Below are positions 11,535 through 21,130 of a stretch of 37,468 nucleotides of DNA, piece after piece (position 1 is the first letter of the stretch; every line of letters starts with the position of its first letter). The notes under the pieces are model-generated. The model had not been told where the DNA came from and did no database searches. It saw only the letters and a program-made list of their open reading frames with translations. The position numbers and the translations under genes are program-made. The DNA lies in assembly GCA_023645945.1 (NCBI GenBank), contig JALAIB010000061.1, forward strand, positions 1 through 37,468, read 5' to 3'. Source of the stretch: Diploschistes diacapsis (lineage: Eukaryota).

Positions 11535-13214
11535 CTACAGCCACCACGCCCGTTCCTCCTTAACCACGACCCCCTTGTTCCGATTCTCTCCCATCGTCCT
11601 CAAACCCTCCTCAGAATCTTCCCGGACGTACTCTTCGGGATCGCCTCCACAAACTCCACCTCCCTCCCCCCACTTATGCCTCACCTTCTTCTCCCGCACA
11701 TAAGCCATCGATTCCCTGCCCAGGTCTAGCAAACCCAGTGCGTCCGTTCCATGTCTCTTCAACCCCCTGAGTCCCAAAAACGCCCGGCTTCAGCGCCACA
11801 AAAGCCTTCGGTCTCTCCCTCCGCCCACTCGTCGATGATCCCCATGACCGCCACATCCTCCACCTTCTCATACCCCGGCAAACAATCCTCGATCTCCACC
11901 GCCGCCGCCGCCACCCCGATGCCCTTGACCTTGACCAATCCCTTGATCCGATCCAGAATATGCACCAGCCCTTCTTCGTCCACCATGCCCTCGTCCCCCG
12001 TGTGCAGCCAGCCTTCCTCGTCGAATGTCTCCCCTCGTTGCCTTCTCGTTGCCCCAAGTTACGCATCACAACCTGTGGTCCTCTGGCCAGGGATCTCGCC
12101 CGCCTCGCCCACGCGCCCATCCGCGCCGTCGGCCCTGAGGATCCGCACCTCCGTGCTTGCGCAGACCGTGCCGACGCTGTGCGCGTATCAGTAGTCGTAG
12201 TGGCTGGACGGGTGCGGCGTGATGCAGCTGCACGACTCCGTAATGCCGTAACCCTGCTTGAAATCCGTGCCGGGGAATTTCCGCTGCAGGAACCGGAGCA
12301 CTTCTTCGCTTAGCGGCGCGGCGCCGGAGGAAAAGGGCTTTATGCACCCCAGATCGTACTTCGTGACAATGGGGTCGCGGACGAGACGGATGAGGATGGG
12401 GGGAAACGGGCAGGAGTTCCTCGATCTGGCAGGAGGTTACAGTGTTGAGCATGCTCTCCATCGTGAAGGCTGGCAGCGTTATGACCTCCGCGTTGATGAG
12501 GGGAGAAGGAGAGGAAGAAGGCGAAGAGCCGTGAATCTTGGAGTGGAGGAGGAGATTTTTGAAAAGCGGGAACCTGGGAGCTGAGGCACGTACGAAAGAC
12601 CTTGGACGATGAGGGCCAGAAATGATGGTGTATGAATCGTGGGAGCCTTCGAGGAAGATTCGTGACGGGGGGGGGTACTGGCTGTTTTTGGCGGCGGCGG
12701 TGGCTACTTACAGGGAGGTGGGAGTTGTGGCGAGGTACCTTGCGTTGTCGGTCTTGGGGGCGTAAGTCATTTCGTCGATGGTGCATGCGGGAGAGGCGCC
12801 ACTTATCATGCCGCTTGGATGGGCGTATTAGCCAGGGCACACGCCCTTTTGGTAATGGATGGTCAGTATGGGAATCAGTACGTACCAGCGCGCAGGGCAC
12901 CAAACATGGCCGCAGGATACCAAATCGTGTTTCCCGAGAATATCGCGAGCGTATCTCCAGCCTCGAAGCCATGATCCTTCACGAGAGCGGTGGAAATGTG
13001 CGTGCAGGCCTCCTTAATCTGCTTCCAGCTCACACGCAACTCTTCAGTAACAGCGTCGACATAGCCAGCCAGTTCTTTCTCGGGAATACTTCAGCAGAGG
13101 GGAGAGGCCGACGAATCAAAGAAATAATTCCATATTGTTACATTGCTCGGAACTGGAGATTGTGCAAGCTCTTCTACCTCGGATACTCTTTCAAGGGTTA
13201 CCTCTACTTACCAT
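11535..13214 (-). pseudogene. 4-coumarate-CoA-ligase-like / acyl-CoA synthetase (ANL superfamily) pseudogene
   Basis: Fragments in shifting frames: GDTLAIFSGNTIWYPAAMFGALRA, ISGASPA, SSGAAPLSEEV, FKQGYGITES, GEILARGPQVVM, LHTGDEG, ILDRIKGLVKVKG, RPKAFVALK, IPKSTSGKILRR. In-frame stops at 13091-13093, 12708-12710 and 12188-12190, plus several frameshifts. The SSGTTGxPK P-loop region is missing. The start at 13214 (ATG followed by GTAAGT) is tentative. Confidence 0.9.
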
Positions 13215-13953
13215 TGATATCTGGCTGTGCAAAGCGGAAGATAGTCATATCGTTCGGTCAAGGCCTGCCGTACAATGCTTCTCAGTCTTATGCACAATGT
13301 GTAAAGCAGCGGGAGAGAAAGCCGCCTGGGACGCAACTCCATTTGAGACGTGCATTCTCATCATTATTCCTAGTCTAGGGATAGACAATGCGCAGGTGTG
13401 TATTGGCACATTTCTATTTGGACCACGATCAAGGCAGTTCGTAGCTGTAGCAGCGTGTGGGGTTGAAGACAGATCGATGCCTTGAACGAAGTAGATACTA
13501 AGGGCAAATAGCAAAAGCTAGAACCTTGGGGTTGGCACAGGCCGTCTGCATTGCATGCTCAGGGGTGGCTATTCTTGTCCCCTTTTCCCATGACTCGTCC
13601 TAAGCTCCCTTCAACCTTGTCTATATGGCGGATTTCTCTACACAACGTGGTAGGAACAGAATCGAGATGCTAAATAACGATTAGATGAGGTTTCATGAGA
13701 AAGATGGTTCGTGCCATGGTTGTGTCACACTACATTAGACGCTATGTACAGCGCAAAACATTGGATGCCTTTAAAGCTCTCGCTGAAAACCCTGAAGTAG
13801 GATGAAAAAGAACCGAGAGCGCCAATGACTTCCCTAGTGATGACGGTCGATTTGTGCAGATGGGTATGCCGAAACTCCTTCGTGTTGGAGATGCGGATAA
13901 AAGCAGAGGCAGCGTAAAACTAGAAGCAACCATGCAATAATGCAGCGCCGGGT

Positions 13954-16577
13954 TCAAGAGATGGATGCACCTTGTTCCAGTTCCCGAGACCTAAAACCCT
14001 TGTGTTGGTACTCCTTCCCATCCTCCCATTCTTCTACTACCCCAGACAATCCACTATGGCCCAATGAGCTTCGCTTGCGTCTCCGATCCTCTTTCATTGG
14101 TCCGCTTGACTTTGAATGCGAGTGCTGCTTAACCGTTACCAGGTTCGTGTCCGTAGCTACCGGACGCAGATTATGTGGATGTGGTTGCGCGTGAAGCTTA
14201 ACTTGGGATGGCGCTTGACGATGGAAGTTACCATGCGGAGTCAAAGCGGTAGCGGAGGAAGTCGGTAGGGGTGTGGTGGTCTCTAGAGAGTCACCACTTC
14301 CAGTTGTAGACACCGAGTCAAGAGTGTCGGCAGACTCGGACTTGGCGTTCAAAGCCATTAAAGTATCGGGGATAACGGTTGGTTGAGCCGAAGCGTCTGA
14401 TGAGCCGGTTGAGTTGGAGTTGCTGGCAGATTCCCGTGTCTTGATCGGGAGCATCGAATTGGGTGATGCGGCCTGAGCCGCTTTCAACGACAATGGACCA
14501 TCGGGCGCCTTTTTGCCCGTTGCTGGTGAGTTTACGGAAAAGTCTTTCCACTTTCGCCAGCCATCGAAATCGATCAAGGCTTGCATGCAGCCCCATTCCA
14601 TCACTTTCCGTTCTAGCCAAACAAAGTTGACGGGCTGAGAGCGCTCGTTCAGCTTCACGATATTCAAGAACAGAAAAGGAGCTGCTTACCTTTGTCAGGA
14701 AATCATTGCAGCCAGCTGCTAGTGCTTCGTGACGGTCACTTTGCAGACTACTCGCCGTCAACGCCACTATGATGACTGGGCTCTTGAAGGACTCCTGGTT
14801 TTCTAATCGATCGTTTCCCTCTGCCTTGGCACCGTCCGCCCTCCCCCCCGCGGAAGGCCTGTCCCCAACCTTGTCTGCTAGAACCCCGATCCCATTAACC
14901 CTCTCCAGCCGCCGTATTTCTTTTGTAGCATCGAGACCATTCATCACGGGAAGTTGGATATCCATGAGCACCAGATGAAAGCCACCTGCTCGCCACTTTG
15001 TGACAGCATCACGCCCGTTCATTGCTGTATGCCAGCGAACCTTCAAGCGCTTCATGAACGCCTCGAGAAGCTTCAAGTTGATGATATTGTCTTCGACTAT
15101 GAGCACATTGATGGGCGGAACACCGCCGTCTAAGAGCGAATTCGGCAAAGCAGCCTGGCTAACGCTGGCTTTTTTGGATCTCCTAATTCTCGAGGTTTTG
15201 CTTGGACGTGGGGAGGAGATTCGCGGTGGAGGCGTCGAGACTTTCTGCTGTGGTACAGCGGAAGTGGTTAATGGCGGCGTAGATAGAGCGGGCAGTGACG
15301 GGGTTGGGGGGCCGATTTGACGAACGTCTGGATCTGGTTAGGTGACCCGATATAGAATAGGTAGAACTGGCGTTACCTGCATGAGAGGCGGTGCTCGATA
15401 GTACGGTTGGAGAAGAGGTATTCGTGCGTGGGAACTTCGGCCTGTGAGTGCCGTGCCTAGCAGGACGAACGGTCCCGCCCGGGGAGGGCAGGGCAGGGAC
15501 ATGGCCTGTGTTGAGTACAGAGATGGTATGGATCTGTTGATTGGAGCCCGTACTGCCCGCTATCGAAACGTTAGAGGGCAGATGAGGTGAGTGATTCATG
15601 GCCACGTTCATCACCGGAAAATAGTCCGCTCCAGCTTCCGACGGCCGATTATCGGAGTAGATTCTGGGCGAATGCCTGGGCGTACGTCTGTGAGGAATAT
15701 CGATTATCAAGGCTTCGTTTACCGTCTGACCGCCAGGGAAGTATGCATCGAGAGTATGAGTGATTGGTTCTTCAGGACCCAGACTCCTTTCTGTGCTGCC
15801 CTGTTTATATTGGGCATTTTCCCGTGGGATAATGCGCAATGTGACGTCTGGAGAATCAAAGGTCCTCCCCAGAGAGTTGATATATTTTCGAAGCACCTTG
15901 TCCCTTGCATCGTCGACCAAGTCATCCTCGTTGATCTGTACCAATGTCGCAGAGGCACCAGGTCGCTTTACCCATATTTTGCGATGGAGCATATTCAGGC
16001 TCAGCACGGGCGCACGGCCAAAGTAATCTTGGGGCTCGACTTGCGTTGGTAGCCCAGAATTTGCTCCTACGAGGTTCTTCCGAAAGGGGTGCTGACTGTT
16101 GGGCGCTAACGATTGTCCTTTTAACGCAGCGCTTTCCTCGGGCTGAGAGTCTAGCTCTGGAATGGTTAGGGGGTCGATCGAGGACTCCAGAGCGTTGCCT
16201 TGGTCCGGTGTCGCCTCGATTATGGCCAGACGGGGGTTTTCAGGTTGCTCTTCGTTGCCATGGGAGAGGGAGCTTCTAGGAGGGGTAGGTGGACGTTCGA
16301 AGGACTGGCGATGGTCGATCGGATGGAGAACGTCCGGGAGTTGCGGCGATGGTAAAGAAAGGGCGTGAGGTGCGGACTGTTCACGTAGTGTAGGTTCTGA
16401 AGAGCCGCTTGACTTGTTGAACTTTGAAATGAGTGAAGCCTTGCTCCGGCTCTTGGGAAGATTGACAGCGCTGTGAACAGATGAGTCTGTGTTGGATCTG
16501 GCCGAAGAGCCCGAGGAGCGGCGGAAAATCGGCAGGATGCGCGTTTTGAATTCACCCATGAGGTAGTTCTTGGGCAT
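13954..16577 (-). CDS. SSK1: HOG-pathway response regulator Ssk1/SskA/RRG-1, ~841 aa; exons 16577-15377, 15333(or 15327)-14690, 14634-13954
   Basis: Receiver domain VPPINVLIVEDNIINLKLL...FHLVLMDIQLPVMNG...IIVALTASSLQSDRHEALAAGCNDFLTK|PVNFVWLERKVMEWGCMQALIDFDGWRKWK. N-terminal conserved block RKIWVKRPGASATLVQINEDDLVDD. Introns 15376-15334 (GTAACG..CTAAC..CAG) and 14689-14635 (GTAAGC..CAG) keep frame. The start could instead be ATG 16559. Confidence 0.93.
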
Positions 16578-17987
16578 GGGGACCACCGGACGACCCCTCG
16601 TCACGATAGAGGCTATCGGTTAACGCAAGAAGCCATGTGAAGACTTCAATCTGGGGCAATGCTGCGAAGACGTCTCCGAGGAACGTTCTTAGAATAACTT
16701 TCCTTCCTACCTGTCGCTCCTTCCGACGGTAATCCTTGTTTTTAGTATTAAGTTAGTGCACGAGTATTAGTAATACACGTGTGTGTGAGGTGAGAGAGCT
16801 GCGCCACAGGCAATGGGTCGTGGAGCCCCATGCTTGTACTTTGAGAAATTGTGGCTGAACCTCGCTATGACAAATTTTTTAGATTGATATTTACTACAAA
16901 TTCTCTAATTCAAGTGAACATTTCCTTGTTACGCCACTTCCTGCTTTTGAAACCTGCAAGTCAGTGGCCAAAATACCAAGTGCATATAATAAAGCATCTG
17001 CCGATCGGAAGCGCAAGGGGAGAGTAGGCAGATTATAGGTTCCTCGGCGGGATTTAATGGTGGTAAAGGTTTTGCGGTCGAGCCAGTACCTACCTTGTTG
17101 TCGCATCTTGAGATAGGAGGTATCTTCAGCCTTTGGAGTGGTAGGCAGGGTGGCCTAGGCCTATATGACGACCGGGTCGCTCCTGGTATAATTTACGACG
17201 ATGTGGGGGTTCATTGCCCAAAGGAACCACGCCTGCTCGACCCGATAACACGTGGCCAGGCCCTGGGCGCACGGAAGATGCGAAGCGGTTTTAAAAATCA
17301 CTGTTCGTCGGGATAACTAACTCTGCTTGCCCAATATCGATTGTCACCGTAGCGCCTCCTTCCTCGAAAGAAACAAGCCATGCCCCCATAAAATCGTCCT
17401 TGCATATATGTCCGCCGTGATACAACCACTGCATTCTATAAGAGAACGGAGCCGTGTGCAAAGTCCTGGGAACGCTCATAGCCCGTTCCCATTCCCCCAA
17501 ACGCCTGTCGCGCCCAAGGCGTCTGACAATAATACCCAGATAGACACTGACCGTGAAGTCCGCCTACCAATGGAACATGAATTTCTCAGACCTTGAACAA
17601 GTCGAGTTTTCGAAGGACGCTCGCGCGAAATGATGCTGTATCCATTTGTCCCGTCAAATATCGCGCAAAAGGGGAATCGTCCGTTCGCTAAAAGAGAAAC
17701 ACACAAGCCTCGCCTGTGGACACGTATCCTCCCCATCTTGTTACATCGGTTTTTCCAAGCTTTCCGGTAAACAGAACCATGCCGCAGCAGATCCCGCAGC
17801 CCCCCCAGAAAAATGCATTTCCAGAACTCGAAAAGAGCGCGAATGTCCAGAATGCAGCCGCAACGCACAGCGAGCGGCAACAAGGACAAAATCAAGAAAG
17901 CCTCCGGAGCGCCTCGCCATATAAAAGAGAGAGAAAACGAAATGGGCGGTGAAACAACGGTGACAATCGACCGGGGCTGACAGAGAT

Positions 17988-19481
17988 CTAGCGACCGTAG
18001 AGGTAGCCAGAATAGTTACCAGTATGCCCATTCCAGGAAGCATTGTTGGGCGGCACAGTTGGAGTCTGCAGAGACATTGTCGATGCACCGTTCGGATTCA
18101 TCGGGTTGGCAGACATGCTTCCCATGTTGCCATTGGGGCCATTTCCGTTCGGACCGAAAGGGCCGTGGCCGTTATACATCGAGCCAATGGGGCTCATCAG
18201 TCCCGGCGGAGCAGAGAGGCCCGGAGGCGGTCCATTCGCCGAGGCAAACGGCTGCGACGAACCGTATCCGTTCATGCCGGACATGGGCCCTTGGGGAGAC
18301 AAGGGAGAAGACATGCCATTCTGTTCTCTACGGACACCGAGAGGATTCTTAGAGAAGCTCAGGCGAATGCCACCTTTCACGCTATTCGAAAGCATTGCGC
18401 CATACAAAACCTTTAGAGCCTTGGTGGCATAGGACGTGTCTTCGAATTCCACGAAGCACATGGGCCCAGTTGATTTGGTCCGAAAGCAGAGTTTCTTGTA
18501 TCCACGCTGTTTGTGGAAGAGACATTTCAATTCGTCTTCGGAAGTGTCGATTGGCAAATTTCCCACGTAGAGAGTATTACACGGGGGGTTCTGGTCCGCC
18601 GGGTTGACAGGAGGCATCTGTGCTCGCGGATGTTGATGGGAGGATACGGAATAGCCATTGCTCGATCCCACCCCATTGAGACCGGGGGGGAAGAGTCCCG
18701 TGGGGCTCTGAAACGATTGTGCACGGGACGAGGTCAGAGCCGACATGGAGGGGGAGCCAAGGCCAGGATTGATGGTTGGACCATTCATTCCAGCCGGTTG
18801 TAGCTGTCCAAGGGTTGGACGGCGAGGCTGCGGGCGCATGCCAGCAGCCACAGCTCCCATGTCATGATTGGCATAAGCGATCGGGTCATTCAAGAGTTTT
18901 CCAGTCTCCTCGTCAACGCCATCTTCCCCAATGACGGACTTGCCGGAGAGACGTTGACGTTCCAGAGGCTGCCCAAGCGGAGACTGGGGGTGAAACATAC
19001 CGTTGCCGTAGTGAGCGGAATCAGGAGCATCGCCATTAGCATAGCTTGGGCGACGAGGCGGAGACTTTTCGGCGACATTGGAAAATGGCCCGTTGAACTT
19101 GGTGGACTGTCTACTTGGGCCTGCCCTGCCGGCAGAGCGGCCACTGCCGGGGATAACTGATCCTCCGGGCGTTCTCTGAACGATTTCGACTTGCAGATTC
19201 GCATCACCGCTTGCATTGACTTTGCCATCGAGCATCACCCTTGCCTCCTCGGCCGCATCCCAGGTTCGAAAATGGACAATCCCGGTTCGAAAGCCTCCAT
19301 CGCTAAAGGTATTGGCAAGCAGTTCGCTATAGACGCAGTCCTTGGCAAATACCAGCATATTTTTCAGTCCTTCAGAGTCAAGATTCTTTGGCAACATGCG
19401 TATCCTGATCGTGGTACGCATGGTGCTCTCATGACGAAAAGTTGTCCGGTCGAAAGGCCCGGTGCTGTTTAATGGTGACAT
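17988..19481 (-). CDS. WHI3: Whi3/Scw1-like RRM RNA-binding protein, ~497 aa (start uncertain)
   Basis: Diagnostic PPVNPADQNPPCNTLYVGNLPIDTSEDELK...QRGYKKLCFRTKSTGPMCFVEFED...SNSVKGGIRLSFSKNPLGVR. Degenerate N-terminal RRM-like block and G/N/P/M-rich low-complexity flanks. First in-frame ATG is at 19481; the ORF track starts at a TTG at 19553. Confidence 0.9.
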   Translation of the reverse strand: MSPLNSTGPFDRTTFRHESTMRTTIRIRMLPKNLDSEGLKNMLVFAKDCVYSELLANTFSDGGFRTGIVHFRTWDAAEEARVMLDGKVNASGDANLQVEIVQRTPGGSVIPGSGRSAGRAGPSRQSTKFNGPFSNVAEKSPPRRPSYANGDAPDSAHYGNGMFHPQSPLGQPLERQRLSGKSVIGEDGVDEETGKLLNDPIAYANHDMGAVAAGMRPQPRRPTLGQLQPAGMNGPTINPGLGSPSMSALTSSRAQSFQSPTGLFPPGLNGVGSSNGYSVSSHQHPRAQMPPVNPADQNPPCNTLYVGNLPIDTSEDELKCLFHKQRGYKKLCFRTKSTGPMCFVEFEDTSYATKALKVLYGAMLSNSVKGGIRLSFSKNPLGVRREQNGMSSPLSPQGPMSGMNGYGSSQPFASANGPPPGLSAPPGLMSPIGSMYNGHGPFGPNGNGPNGNMGSMSANPMNPNGASTMSLQTPTVPPNNASWNGHTGNYSGYLYGR

Positions 19482-20266
19482 TATGTATGAGAGTCGTAAG
19501 TAAGAGATATTGAATTCAACCCTTGGTGACTTTTGCAAAATCAAAGTGGCCAAGCTGCTGCTCGCCAGATGACAAAGACGGGATCGGTCTCTTTCGGGTC
19601 CCGGAAAGTTGTGAAAGATCTTGGTTGGTCTTGTTCCAACGTGATGGCGCAGGTGCTATCAAGAAGGTGAGGCCTGAGAAAATAGCGCTCCGAAGAAAGC
19701 ACTGGTATGAGAGGCTTAGCTTGTTGAAGCATGCGTGCGCGAGTGCAATAAGTTGAAAACCACCTTCAAGGCGTGCTTAGGGTTGCTTCGGCTTAATGAA
19801 TATAGGATTCCTTCCCGGTAGGATAGTTAAGCGCCTTGAATCATGTATAAAGCTCAAGGATACTGGCTGAAATGTTTAGTCGAGGGTTTCAAGCCGCAAA
19901 AGCGTGAAGTGCGAGGTGGCTTGGTGTTGTAGAATACAGTTTGCAATGCTGAAGCTTAATACAAGACACCTGAGTGAGTATGCTTGCTGGCTAGGAGGAC
20001 CGAAGGGTATGTCGCGCGCGCGCGACTCGACGATGTCGGAAGTGAAATGGGGATGCCAATAGCAGATGTCCTTCTGTGACGGGGAAAAGGCCGATAACGC
20101 TGCGGCCTCTTTCAGGTACCTATGGGAAGGATAACACAGGAGAGAGATGTGGAAGAGTAGATGAAGGTAAGTGGAGGGAAGGGAAAGATGGGTATGAAAA
20201 TTGAATTGACGAGGCTTTAAGTGGGAAACACAAAAAGTGAAGAATGAAAGCAGACTAGTTAGTAGA

Positions 20267-20293
20267 GGTGGTGGTGGTGGTGGTGGTGGTGGT
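20267..20293. repeat. (GGT)9 microsatellite upstream of WHI3
   Basis: Perfect run of 9 GGT units. Confidence 0.95.
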
Positions 20294-20728
20294 GAAGAGC
20301 TTGGGTGAGGTAGTGAGTAATGAGTCGGTGCGTGCGGCGGCGTAAAAGCTTTCGCACAAGTTGCCGTGGTTCTGACTTCTGACCGTGCCTGAGCTTCAAT
20401 AATGAAATGGGAACAAAAGGTGGTAGTGGGTGTCAATAGTGCGAAGGGAACAAAGGTAAAAAGATGACTGGGAAAGAATCCGAAGGGGATGTGGTGTGGG
20501 TTGTGGGAAGATTATTTACTAGGCAGGTATGGGAGAAAAACTTTGTGAATTTCCTACGGGAAAGGTTATGATGGGATGGGCATGGCACGTAGACCCTTTG
20601 GTATTCGAGGGAGGGAGAAGCGATAGATATCCTTTAGCCTGCGCTTGAGCCCTGAAAGAGAGGGAGAAAAGCAAAGAGCAGCAGCAGCAAGTCAAGTCAA
20701 GTCAGTGAAATGTCTGGTTCTGGGAAGC

Positions 20729-20946
20729 AACTAGTGAGTGTGCTACTAGTACTAGTACCAACTAGTATTACTAGTACTGCTAGTACTAGCTAGTAGTACT
20801 AGATACTGGCTGGTAGTACTAGATACTGACTGGTACTGGATAGTAGGTACTGGGAAGTAGGTAACTGGGGTAGTAGGTACTGGGTAGTAGGGTGTACTTC
20901 TGTACCTTTCCAGTCGTAGTAAGTTACTAGTGTTAATACTTACTAA
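20729..20946. repeat. TpA-rich degenerate minisatellite built from TAGTAC/ACTAGT units
   Basis: Recurrent ACTAGT and AGTACT palindromes. TAGTACTAGATACTG occurs twice about 20 nt apart, and TAGTAGGTACTGGG occurs at 20841 and 20871. Confidence 0.8.
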
Positions 20947-20995
20947 GCTTCGGTCGGAGCCGACGGAAAACAGACAGCCCACGCTTTTGCTTTGG

Positions 20996-21130
20996 CCAAT
21001 CACCGCCCCCCAAACTCCCACCGGCGCCCCTCTCTCTTTTCTTGCCCCATCGCGCCATCGCGTGCGAGCACATAACCGAGCATCATAGTGGAGGGGCCAC
21101 ATGGAAAAGCTGCGATTGCCATCTCATTGG
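20996..21130. promoter_or_regulatory. Two CCAAT boxes in the presumed WHI3 promoter
   Basis: GGCCAATCA (CCAAT at 20996-21000, +) and AGCCAATGAG (21126-21130, -) lie upstream of a pyrimidine-rich minus-strand leader that begins near 20700. Confidence 0.4.

Noticed and set aside
12340..13378. 210-aa (-) and 248-aa (+) ORFs
   Set aside because: Off-frame and antisense readings of the CoA-ligase pseudogene.
17095..17952. Small ORFs between SSK1 and WHI3
   Set aside because: The position fits the WHI3 3' UTR and SSK1 promoter, and I see no recognisable protein features.
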